DNA of 63,368 nt from Candidatus Thorarchaeota archaeon (GCA_048884785.1 JBHLQM010000007.1:9567-72934); one strand, 5' to 3'. Positions 47,835 through 57,237 are shown, counted from the stretch's first letter. Program-made: numbers and translations. Notes: generated from the letters alone by a model not told the origin.

Positions 47835-49430
47835 CTATTTCGACAATCTTTCAATGAAATCAAGTAGATAGGGACATATACCACCGGTCTTCCATAGTAG
47901 ATTTCCATTGCATCCTTTTCGGGGTGCTTGAGTTTCTACACGACATTCAAACGTTTTTTCTCTGTCAAAAAGAATACAGAGCTCACTCTGCAAGTCAGGA
48001 TCCTCTATGAATTTAGCCCTCACTTTTCGCATTAGTGTAACATCATGGTGTTTTACCCAGTCAGAAACATCACCTAGTACTGATTTTGCCTCTTCAATCA
48101 GAGCCTTTTCCGGCTCCACCTCTTGTGCAAAGGACGTCATTATCTGACTAACTCTTGCTGTGAATGCAAGCAATGGATTGCCCGTCTGAACAGCCTTCTT
48201 TTCTGCAAGAATATAGAGCTTCATGGCATCCTTGAATTTTTCCTGCATATAGTTGGCGTCTGCAAGCAAGAAAGGCAAAAGGATCAGAAGATCCACCATG
48301 CCTGATGCTTCAGCTATTTCTGTGCTTTCCTTATAATTCGTAATTGCCTCCTCAAAATTACCCTTTCTAATCATTATATCTCCAAGGTTTATTTTGCAGG
48401 TGGCAATACCTCGCATGTACTCAGCTTCTTGGCTTATTTCTAGAGCTCGCTGATTGTATATCTCCATTTGGTCAAATTGATCAAGACTTCTATCAATCTC
48501 TCCCACATTGATAAGGGTTCGAGCAAGTCCAATTTGATTATTCAGCTGTTGTTGGGTAATCAGTAACTCCTCGAACTGATCTCTTGCATCTTGGTTCTGT
48601 CCACGATCCATGTGAAGAATACCGACCAGATTTCGAGCATCTGATACTCCTTGGAGATATCCCATCCGCTCATATTTTTGTAGGGCTGCCTTAACAAGAT
48701 TCATTGCACGGTCGTATTCGTGGGATTCTTCCAAAATTCTTGCTCTGTAGTACATTATATCTGTGAGCGCGAGTTCATGGTCCATAACTTTAGCAGTTTC
48801 TTCCGCAGAATCAAGTCTAACATAGGCTTCGTCACGCAAACCCATTTGAAGGTCAATGTGTGCCATCAGGATTCGGGCTCTCAGAAGAGAAGCTTGCACC
48901 TTATTTCGTATGAGTTCATCCTTTGTTGTAGCTAATGTGACCTTATCGATGCTTTCCAGAGCTATCGTTCTTGCTCGTTCTGTGTATCCCAAATCTATGA
49001 GGACTGATGCCAATTGAACAGAAAGCTCTGCAAATGCGATGTAGTCCTGTCCTTGCCAGGCTTGATTGACGTATGTCTGTAGATTGTTCAGCCACCGTGG
49101 ATCAAGGCTCTGTCTGCAATATGCTGCAGCAGCATATCCTTTGCCTACTATACTGGAACTGCTTTTCGCAATTATCTGATTATAGCCATAAAGTCCTCTG
49201 AGAAAAGCTGCTTTCGCACAGATTGCCAAAAATCCCTCACTTCTGTTTCTCCACTCTCCACTCCCAACATATTCAGTTAAGACATCTGTAAAATGCATGA
49301 AACGATCCTTTCCAGATCTGTATCCAGCGGCAAGTCTGCTACCTATATCGTCCTTCTCAGATTGTTCTAGCCGGTCTATATACATAGAAAACTCCGGTAT
49401 AATTGGTTTATCAAGCAATACTCTCGGCAC
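47835..49430 (-). CDS. TPR protein with Cys-rich C-terminal tail
   Basis: Multiple ~40-aa TPR units (ARTLINVGEI, ATCKINLGDI); four Cys in the last ~50 aa. Confidence 0.85.
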   Translation of the reverse strand: MPRVLLDKPIIPEFSMYIDRLEQSEKDDIGSRLAAGYRSGKDRFMHFTDVLTEYVGSGEWRNRSEGFLAICAKAAFLRGLYGYNQIIAKSSSSIVGKGYAAAAYCRQSLDPRWLNNLQTYVNQAWQGQDYIAFAELSVQLASVLIDLGYTERARTIALESIDKVTLATTKDELIRNKVQASLLRARILMAHIDLQMGLRDEAYVRLDSAEETAKVMDHELALTDIMYYRARILEESHEYDRAMNLVKAALQKYERMGYLQGVSDARNLVGILHMDRGQNQDARDQFEELLITQQQLNNQIGLARTLINVGEIDRSLDQFDQMEIYNQRALEISQEAEYMRGIATCKINLGDIMIRKGNFEEAITNYKESTEIAEASGMVDLLILLPFLLADANYMQEKFKDAMKLYILAEKKAVQTGNPLLAFTARVSQIMTSFAQEVEPEKALIEEAKSVLGDVSDWVKHHDVTLMRKVRAKFIEDPDLQSELCILFDREKTFECRVETQAPRKGCNGNLLWKTGGICPYLLDFIERLSK

Positions 49431-49576
49431 TCTCTCTCCAGAATAAATACTAATGCATTTCGATGACGCACCGCCTTTTTAAATCAAAAGGGTTCTAGTA
49501 TTTTTGTCCGCGCTTTTTATTATTGGTGGGTAAAGATTAAATCATAATAGCATAAAAAGGGCTGAGGAGAGGAATA

Positions 49577-50332
49577 ATGGCGAAGAATAGGGTAAGCAGT
49601 GGTGTTTCTGGGCTTGATAATTTGCTGAATGGAGGGTATATGCACGGACGGTCCATGTTGTTGGCAGGAGGGCCAGGAACTGGCAAGAGCATTTTGACAT
49701 GGCATTTCATTTTTGATGGGATAAGAAAAGGCGAGAGTGCTGTGTTGCTATCACTCGACCAAACCTCTGATGTCCTTATTGAGGACATGAAGGCATTTGG
49801 ATTTGAACCTGACAAAGCTATCAGTGACCAGAAATTTACAATCCTGAGTGGAACTCTGCGTCTTGTTCCTACTGAAGCAGGATACGACTATGTCATAGGA
49901 TTTGATCATCCACTCTTTCGAGAGAAACCGTTTACCATTCCACGCCTGGCAGACCTTGTGAAGAAGAGATCTGATGAAACAAAAGCTACTCGAATTGTCA
50001 TTGATGGATTAGGCCCCTTATTGGAGTTGGCAGGCAATCGATTCGAAGTGCGGCAGATGGTGTATAGCTTCATCAAAGAGCTTTCTAACCCAAATGCAAC
50101 AATCTTACTTACACATGAATTGAGATCTCTTACAGGAGCACAAAACGACGAAATGCCGTACTTCATTGCCGATGGTGTGATTAAGCTAGATATGATCTAT
50201 TCAACAGGAGATTATGTCAGAACACTCAGGATTGTCAAGTTAAGAGGAACTAGTCATACCATGCGACCTGTAATGTTTCGAATAGAGTCAGAAGGTGCAA
50301 AAGTCTATCCTGACGCAAGAATCCCTGAATAA
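49577..50332 (+). CDS. Single-domain KaiC/RAD55 family ATPase
   Basis: SGVSGLDNLLNGG, GGPGTGKS, IVIDG, IADGVIKL, KLRGTSH. Confidence 0.92.
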   Translation: MAKNRVSSGVSGLDNLLNGGYMHGRSMLLAGGPGTGKSILTWHFIFDGIRKGESAVLLSLDQTSDVLIEDMKAFGFEPDKAISDQKFTILSGTLRLVPTEAGYDYVIGFDHPLFREKPFTIPRLADLVKKRSDETKATRIVIDGLGPLLELAGNRFEVRQMVYSFIKELSNPNATILLTHELRSLTGAQNDEMPYFIADGVIKLDMIYSTGDYVRTLRIVKLRGTSHTMRPVMFRIESEGAKVYPDARIPE

Positions 50333-50336
50333 GAAT

Positions 50337-50726
50337 CTACAGTACTGGCTCAACCTTCCTCATCATATCCAAAAGGTCATACATTGAGAAAGGTTTCTGG
50401 ATGTAGGCACGGGCACCAGCAACCAATACCTGATTTCCGAAGTCTTCAACAATATCGGCAACTGCAATGATTGAAATCTTGGCATCTATATCCAAGATCT
50501 TCTCAATAATACGCATTCGCTCTCCTTCTGTCATCATGAAATCGAGCACAATGATACTTACTCTGTGTGAGCTACACATCGCAAGAAGTTCATCAGGGGT
50601 TTCAGGTTCACCGATTACATCATATCCGGCTTCCTCTACTGCCATTCTTACAAGTGACCTTAGCAAAGGAACATCGCCCGCAATTATGACTTTCAAGAGG
50701 TACACCTGTTCTTGAACATAAAGCAA
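50337..50726 (-). CDS. Atypical receiver-domain protein
   Basis: Receiver fold with LDFMM and KPF, but the acidic pair is GD and the conserved T/S is replaced by A. Confidence 0.8.
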   Translation of the reverse strand: MLYVQEQVYLLKVIIAGDVPLLRSLVRMAVEEAGYDVIGEPETPDELLAMCSSHRVSIIVLDFMMTEGERMRIIEKILDIDAKISIIAVADIVEDFGNQVLVAGARAYIQKPFSMYDLLDMMRKVEPVL

Positions 50727-50742
50727 AAATCAAAAGCGTGAA

Positions 50743-51105
50743 CTAGGTTGAAACTGCCGATTCAACCAGGTCCAACATATGACGAATCGTTACTGGTTTG
50801 AGACCAAAGCTCACAGCACCATTCTTCATAGCCTGTTCACGGACATTCGCATCAGCACTGATGAATACAATTCTGGCGTTTGGTTCTATTGACAGAATCT
50901 CTTTCATCGCCTCAAGACCATCCTTATTCGGCATGCGATGATCCAATATTAGAACATCAGGTTTGGTATCCATAGACATATACTTCTGAATGGCTTCTTC
51001 ACCATCAAAAGCATCCGCGACGACCTCGTGCCCTTTTATCGAAAACACATCTTTGTATAATCGATGTAGAATGGGTTCATCGTCAATTATGAATATAGAC
51101 ACCAT
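50743..51105 (-). CDS. Stand-alone response regulator receiver
   Basis: IIDDE, LDHRMPNKDG, ISA, KPV. Confidence 0.93.
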   Translation of the reverse strand: MVSIFIIDDEPILHRLYKDVFSIKGHEVVADAFDGEEAIQKYMSMDTKPDVLILDHRMPNKDGLEAMKEILSIEPNARIVFISADANVREQAMKNGAVSFGLKPVTIRHMLDLVESAVST

Positions 51106-51971
51106 ATATCATGCCTACCTTATGAGCTACTCAACGTCTTTTGATTTCTGCTGTTAACTCTGTATTGAGCATTCTCTACTCATACATTCAGTTAAACTTA
51201 GCTTGTTTCAAACGCAGTGTTTCTATTTAGTTGTATGGTATAAAAATGAATATGGGATTCATATTACATTTGGGTTCTCTGCACCGATTCCGGATTCATC
51301 GCATATTCCTATTGCTACTTCCTATTTATTCCAAGATATTTTTGGTATTCCAACCTTTCGATTTTTCGACAACCATTTTTTTGTGTAACATTAATTATTA
51401 TACTAATTATTTATACAATATGCCACTATTATGTAATATTAATTCCTATGCATCGGCAATGTGTTGCATATATAATTATAGATTACAATTTTAACAAATA
51501 TAGGTTATATAATAATCAAATTTCTTCCCAGGTGTCATCCATATTCATATAAACAGCGTATTCGATAATTGAGTATGATTAGTCAATTCAAAACATGATC
51601 CCTTTGTATTTCATACTCATTTAGTGTGTACTACTACCTTTTTCCGAGGATAATCAGGGTTATTTGCATCAAATATTTACCCGAAGATATTATAACACGA
51701 TTACTGGGTATGGGAATGTATTCTGTTTTCTTGTGGATGCGATCATCCAATTAAGGGATTGATTAACCCAATGAACATAAAATATATAGATAATATTAAT
51801 AATTAATGGGAATTATAATAAAATGCATTATATGGTACCAAATTGTACCACAAAATGCATATCTACTTAACTTAAACGGATATCGTAATAAATGACAAAA
51901 TGCAAAACTGAGGGATAGAAATAATTAATATGACGAATGTTTGCATAAACATATATTAAAAATAAATTGAT
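51106..51971. other. Long, very AT-rich non-coding region
   Basis: No credible ORF; hand counts give 10 G+C per 60 nt at 51361-51420 and at 51781-51840. Confidence 0.7.
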
Positions 51972-52580
51972 CTATTTCGGTTTTTTTAATTGGAATTTGG
52001 CATCCTGTACCTTCCGATCAATTTCAGTCCTGAGTACTTGTACTTCCTTTCGTATAGCATCGAAACGTCGTTTCTTAGCAATTTCATCAGCATTCTCAGC
52101 TAGCGTTTCTGCCTTAGATGATATCTCCTCAAGACGTTCTTCACTCCATACATTGATATCGTCACTGTACAATTCATCCAATGAGTCAGATGTATCCCTA
52201 AGATCATCTAGGAGTAGCCTGGCTGTAGTTTCATCAAGAGTGTACTCAATTTCATCTCTCAGCTCAATAGAGTTTTCTGGACCAAAAACAATTAGCTGGG
52301 ACATATGTTCCGAAACACTCTGTAGCAACTTTGAAAGCTCATCTCGTGCATTCCTGAGTTCACCTTGTTCGAGGGAATGTTGTGCCTTTTGTCGCTCAGA
52401 GCGAATCCTTGCAAGCAAACCTTGACTTGCATGATCACCGTCCATCGCTTTTGCGTCTGCTTTACTAGCTGCAGTGGACGTATAGTTTTGTGCAAATCTA
52501 ATCAGGATGATAAACAGAATTGCTGCTAGTGCAATTCCTGCAAGAAGTATTAGTTGATAAAATACATCACCCTCTTGCAT
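51972..52580 (-). CDS. Membrane-anchored coiled-coil protein
   Basis: N-terminal TM helix followed by charged helical sequence. Confidence 0.7.
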   Translation of the reverse strand: MQEGDVFYQLILLAGIALAAILFIILIRFAQNYTSTAASKADAKAMDGDHASQGLLARIRSERQKAQHSLEQGELRNARDELSKLLQSVSEHMSQLIVFGPENSIELRDEIEYTLDETTARLLLDDLRDTSDSLDELYSDDINVWSEERLEEISSKAETLAENADEIAKKRRFDAIRKEVQVLRTEIDRKVQDAKFQLKKPK

Positions 52581-52849
52581 TAGGAACCCCCTATGTAGGC
52601 CATTTCTTGGTCAAACATGTTTCTGTTTTTCAAGTAGTTGGCTAATAGGTGTACTCATACAAGTATTTCCTGAGTATTACAAGGTTCGAAATACAAACAA
52701 ATCTCCATATACGTGTACATCTAAGTTTCGATTCTCAGCGAAACCCGTTCTCTCCTCCTCCTCATCATTGAAACCTCCTCGAAAACTTTGACAACAAAAT
52801 TCAATGCGTTTACGATTACTCTGATACGTTTACTACCATGACTCCTTTC

Positions 52850-52955
52850 GAGAAGGCGTGTACTGGCACTGACATAGAGGGTCCGTAGGGGATTCTGGAC
52901 CCTGTGGGCGTCTAGAAGGTCCTCTGTGGGTACACGCTTCTCTCTTCTTTTTTTT
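52850..52955 (+). ncRNA. Candidate structured RNA element ending in a U-tract
   Basis: Outer stem GAGAA(G)GCGTGTAC/GTACACGCTTCTC, inner stems, G-U pairs on the + strand, then TTCTTTTTTTT. Confidence 0.4.
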
Positions 52956-53046
52956 GACCCTAATTAACGTGAGTACCTAGTCGTATGTATGTTTGGCTGT
53001 TGGCAGAGTTGGCAACTTATAAGAAGCTGCCACCAAATCATAAGCC

Positions 53047-54303
53047 ATGCAACCTGAAATCTTAGATGATGGTCTTATAATGCGCAATGCATCTGTTGAA
53101 GACATGCCATCACTATTAGATCATTTCCGAACCGTACATGGTGCTGGAGTAGAAGCTCAACTCACAGCAATGCTCGAGAAATACCCTAGGTTCTCCTGGG
53201 AAGATAGTTTCATAATCGCAGACCAGAACTCTGGAGAAGTTGTTTCCTGCATCTTGCTTTTGCAGAACTCATGGATTCTCGACGGTGTTGAAGTCCCTTC
53301 GGTCGAAATGGAAGCAGTAGGAACTTTGAAAGCATACCGGTATAGAGGACACATTCGTCTTCTCAATCAAGAATTCGAAAAACGAGCCGCGCAACTAAAT
53401 CCAGCGATTCAGGCTATAGCAGGGATCCCCTTTTTCTACCGTGAATTTGGCTATGAATATGCAGCGAACCTTGGTGGAGGCTATCCCATTAATCCCAATC
53501 TCATTCCGAACCTGAAAGATGGTGAGGAGGAATCTGTCACATTCAATCTGGTGACCTCTAAGAACTTTAAGGAGTTCCTAAGTTACCGGGAGAAACATAT
53601 ACCCTCGAAGACGTGGACTAGAAAGATACGGCCTGAGGATGCATCCTACCTAATTTACGAAACGACCTCTCTTGAGCAAGAGGCATTTTTCTTCTATCTC
53701 GTAAAGGAGAAAGGAAAGACTGTCGGTGTTTTCATTCTTTCACGATGGACAAATAGACTTGATATCGTAGAGCTCTATTTAGAAAACCATCTATTTGCAG
53801 ATGCTGTAATGAGATTCGCCTTGGCAAAAGCTCATGAATGGGATGGGATGACCGTCAGGATGCCACCGCCAAATCAGAAACAGGTCAGAGAGTTTGTGAG
53901 CGCCCGTAATCAGGTTATCACTATTCCTAGATATGCATGGTGTATCAAAATTCCATCCATTCCGCGTTTCATCGAAACCATAGGACCCCTCCTCTCTAAT
54001 CGACTGAGTGATACCGAGTTTCGAGGATTCACTGGAGAATTAGCGGTGACGACCTACAAACAGGGGTATTCAATCAAATTTGAGAATGGAGCATTTCAGT
54101 CAATTACCGAGAGAGGAGAGAAGGACCCGGGGGAATACAACCTCCGGATACCGAAAGGTTCCCTTACAAGATTGCTAATGGGGTACGAAACCCTTGACGA
54201 GCTAATGAAACACGAACCGGATGTATACTGCGCATCAGTATCGCGCCCAATTGTCAGAAATCTGTTTCCACGTTTCGACGCCGTAGTTGATCCCTATTAT
54301 TAA
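53047..54303 (+). CDS. GNAT acetyltransferase, Eis-like with C-terminal SCP2-like domain
   Basis: EAVGTLKAYRYRGHIR, IPFFYREFGYE, LTRLLMGY. Confidence 0.82.
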   Translation: MQPEILDDGLIMRNASVEDMPSLLDHFRTVHGAGVEAQLTAMLEKYPRFSWEDSFIIADQNSGEVVSCILLLQNSWILDGVEVPSVEMEAVGTLKAYRYRGHIRLLNQEFEKRAAQLNPAIQAIAGIPFFYREFGYEYAANLGGGYPINPNLIPNLKDGEEESVTFNLVTSKNFKEFLSYREKHIPSKTWTRKIRPEDASYLIYETTSLEQEAFFFYLVKEKGKTVGVFILSRWTNRLDIVELYLENHLFADAVMRFALAKAHEWDGMTVRMPPPNQKQVREFVSARNQVITIPRYAWCIKIPSIPRFIETIGPLLSNRLSDTEFRGFTGELAVTTYKQGYSIKFENGAFQSITERGEKDPGEYNLRIPKGSLTRLLMGYETLDELMKHEPDVYCASVSRPIVRNLFPRFDAVVDPYY

Positions 54304-54328
54304 TGGCGGAAATTATCTAGTTGCGCCG

Positions 54329-54356
54329 TAGTGTAGTTCTATATAGAATTACACTA
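54329..54356. promoter_or_regulatory. 28-bp near-perfect palindrome centred on TATATA
   Basis: TAGTGTAGTTCTAT|ATAGAATTACACTA, one mismatch. Confidence 0.55.
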
Positions 54357-54394
54357 TCTCTTTGATATTCCACAAGAGGCCAGGAGTGGTCGTT

Positions 54395-55540
54395 TTGAAA
54401 ATTCGCAGCATTCTAGTTGTGGTCGCAATAATTACTCTGATAATGCAGATAGGGCTAATATCTGATTCGCAGTATGTGCAGGCTCAAACGACAGTCAAAC
54501 CAGAGGCAAGAGGTGCTCATTCAATGGCGTTTGACCCGTACAATAATGTGGCTATTATTTTTGGGGGATTCTCCTTGACAGGTGGTTGGCGGTCTCTCAG
54601 TGACACATGGACATATTCATACTCAGAGAATTCATGGACTGAACTTGTGTTGACACCTTCACCGTCAGCACGGTCAAATCATGCAATGGTCTATTGCAGT
54701 GAAACAAACGAGGTCATTCTCTATGGAGGACAGGGAGCAGCAAATCCTACAGATACATGGTCATTTGCCTGCGACACTCAGACATGGTCTCAAGTTGCGA
54801 CCTCAGTCAATCCTGGAGTCCATCACTCTCTCGCCTTGGCATATGATCCACAGGAGAATGCTGTGATTCTCTTTGGGGGATTCGGAGATGATGGGCTAGA
54901 GCGAGATGACACATGGAAGTTCGATTGTGATACAAGAGAGTGGTCTGAGCTTTCTCCAGCCGAGGTCCCACTTGCACGCTATGGGCATGTTATGGTCTAT
55001 GACGATTCAATCAATAAGATTGTCATGACATCTGGAAACACCGCATCCCAAGGACATCAGGACGACACCTGGATTTTTGATACATCCACAAGCAATTGGA
55101 CCCAGCTTACGCCAACAGGAAACCCAGATCATTTGAAATGGCCCTCAATGACATATGACTCAACAAATAAGAAATGCATTTTATTCGGGGGACAGATTGG
55201 TGATAATTCTGTCGACCGTACTTGGATATATGATGGTCTACAGAATACCTGGCAACGACGTTATCCATCTGAATCGCCTGAGGACAGGATAAACACAGGT
55301 CTTGCATTCGATTCGACCAACAATGTCACCATCCTTTTCGGAGGGATTGTCATCGATGGAGCCCAGTTTGACGACACATGGGTCTATTCATACGAAGATA
55401 ATGTATGGACTGAGATGGAGGTGGGTTCCGGTGCAACGACCTCCAATGGCGCCGGTTTTGATTCATTTCTGATTTTGGTGGCTGTGCCTGTCATTATTTC
55501 AGCAGTCATCATAGTTATCATATTGCGGAGAAGGAGATGA
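54395..55540 (+). CDS. Cell-surface kelch-repeat beta-propeller protein
   Basis: Signal peptide, six kelch-like repeats (R.xH.MaYD...ILFGG...DTW), C-terminal TM and RRRR tail; TTG at 54395. Confidence 0.9.
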   Translation: MKIRSILVVVAIITLIMQIGLISDSQYVQAQTTVKPEARGAHSMAFDPYNNVAIIFGGFSLTGGWRSLSDTWTYSYSENSWTELVLTPSPSARSNHAMVYCSETNEVILYGGQGAANPTDTWSFACDTQTWSQVATSVNPGVHHSLALAYDPQENAVILFGGFGDDGLERDDTWKFDCDTREWSELSPAEVPLARYGHVMVYDDSINKIVMTSGNTASQGHQDDTWIFDTSTSNWTQLTPTGNPDHLKWPSMTYDSTNKKCILFGGQIGDNSVDRTWIYDGLQNTWQRRYPSESPEDRINTGLAFDSTNNVTILFGGIVIDGAQFDDTWVYSYEDNVWTEMEVGSGATTSNGAGFDSFLILVAVPVIISAVIIVIILRRRR

Positions 55541-55632
55541 GACCTGGAAGTCATGTTATAGATTTCCAATCACTTGTAATAGGAAATGTGCGGTTAATAT
55601 ACCCATACGCTTGACAAATATTGGGAGTTGTA

Positions 55633-57237
55633 ATGGAGAAGGCAACAATTGTAGATTCTGCTACAAAAAGGCGATATGCCGAATTAGAGAAACAAGCTGA
55701 TGAATTCATCAAGACTGACGGCTGGGAAGCATTCATGTCCAGCCTTAGGCATGTTCGTCCTGAAGGAAAAGCACGGGATGCTGTAGTTGAGCTCCTGCAG
55801 CTGCATGCTGTAGGCGGAACGGACTCTGATATTTTCAGAGAGTTCGGAACTCTTGAGGGCAACGATCTCCACCAAATTAGAGCGAATGCGGCTGACCATG
55901 CAATCATCATCCTTAAGGATCAGATTTCGAGCAAACATACCTATTTTCTAGATATTGAAGCCATGACAATGACTCCCTATGTGGTTCTGGTTAAGGATGT
56001 CATTGAAGCGCGCAAACGAGAAATTGAGCAGCTGAAGCAAAATCCATCGCGAATCGATGTGCTTGGTACGTACTATGGTTTCCAGATTCTTATGACTGAT
56101 AACTCAATGCCATTCGAGTCTCCAAATACATATGGATATCGTCGCTGGCGGCGCACGACTTGGTTGAACGGAGCAATAACAGAAACTGCAGCCAATGCTA
56201 TAAAAAATCTGACATCAGAGCTTTCAAATGAAGTCGACATGGACATGACATATAAAACTCTTCAACGCAGTTCCATCTTTAGGAACAGATGTACTCAAGG
56301 AACTGCAGACATTCTTGCTAATGCAGTACGTGTTTCTCTCTACAAGGTCCCAGGAAACCGGTCAAGTGCAGCCAGTGCCCTTGGTCATACAGGAGACTCA
56401 AGGGTGCTGCCTTTTCTGCATCATCGGTTGCCACTTGAACAGAGCAGGTATGTCAGGATTTCAATAGCTAGAGCCCTCGGGACAGTAGGACATGAGTCAT
56501 CCATTGAAGTCCTAAAGGAGCGGGCCATAGTTAATCGTCGCTATATGTCCAAAGAGGCGGAAGCTATGATTGATGCGATTGGCAGAATCTACTCTCCGCA
56601 GTGTAATGAAATCCTCACCGAGCTATTGAAACATGACGGTAATACAATAAAAGCAGCAGTGATTCAAGCGCTTTCAAAGCAGGATTCACCAAACGTCGTT
56701 GAATTGATCTCACCGTATCTTGTTCATAGAAGCAAACCAGTTGTGAGAGCAAGCGTATTTGCATTATCCGAATTAGGAAATGCTGGCACTGAAGCTATTA
56801 TAGCAAAGGCAACCAATGTGATCAAGAAAATTGGCTATGATAGACTATCTATAAACGCGTTCAGGAAGTTGCTGGAAATTTCTGCCATTGCTGAAATGCC
56901 AGAGGTTCATCAATACTTTGCAGGAAGGGTTGAAAAACTTGGCAAAGAACTCAAGAGAATGCGGAACTCTGTCAATAACAGCTTTGGCTACTACTGGAGA
57001 AGATGGGAAGCGAGGGTTAGAACAAGGCTAGTTGAATACTGTAAATTGGCTTCAACCCATCTTAGACCCCCATTCCATTCAGATCTTATCAACTCAATGA
57101 AGTCAGTTTTCAAAGAGCAACCTGATCTCATCAATATGACAAACACGCTAGGACAAACTCCCCTGATACGAGCCATAAATGGGAATCCGGTAATGGAAGA
57201 CAAGTTTGAGCAGACATACCTGCCTTCCTTTGGATAA
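55633..57237 (+). CDS. HEAT-repeat protein with uncharacterised N-terminal domain
   Basis: RSSAASALGHTGDSRVLPFL, VRISIARALG, IKAAVIQAL, VVRASVFAL repeats. Confidence 0.85.
   Translation: MEKATIVDSATKRRYAELEKQADEFIKTDGWEAFMSSLRHVRPEGKARDAVVELLQLHAVGGTDSDIFREFGTLEGNDLHQIRANAADHAIIILKDQISSKHTYFLDIEAMTMTPYVVLVKDVIEARKREIEQLKQNPSRIDVLGTYYGFQILMTDNSMPFESPNTYGYRRWRRTTWLNGAITETAANAIKNLTSELSNEVDMDMTYKTLQRSSIFRNRCTQGTADILANAVRVSLYKVPGNRSSAASALGHTGDSRVLPFLHHRLPLEQSRYVRISIARALGTVGHESSIEVLKERAIVNRRYMSKEAEAMIDAIGRIYSPQCNEILTELLKHDGNTIKAAVIQALSKQDSPNVVELISPYLVHRSKPVVRASVFALSELGNAGTEAIIAKATNVIKKIGYDRLSINAFRKLLEISAIAEMPEVHQYFAGRVEKLGKELKRMRNSVNNSFGYYWRRWEARVRTRLVEYCKLASTHLRPPFHSDLINSMKSVFKEQPDLINMTNTLGQTPLIRAINGNPVMEDKFEQTYLPSFG

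Noticed and set aside
49577-50332. Circadian clock KaiC
   Set aside because: Single domain, no Ser/Thr phosphosite pair, and no kaiA/kaiB.
51106-51971. Replication origin call, and the ORFs at 51203-51388 and 51231-51494
   Set aside because: No ORB-like G-string repeats or cdc6/orc1 are visible. The ORFs have the composition expected of random AT-rich DNA.
52683-52690. GGTTCGAA resembling a tRNA T-loop
   Set aside because: No T-stem, acceptor stem or anticodon arm can be formed around it.
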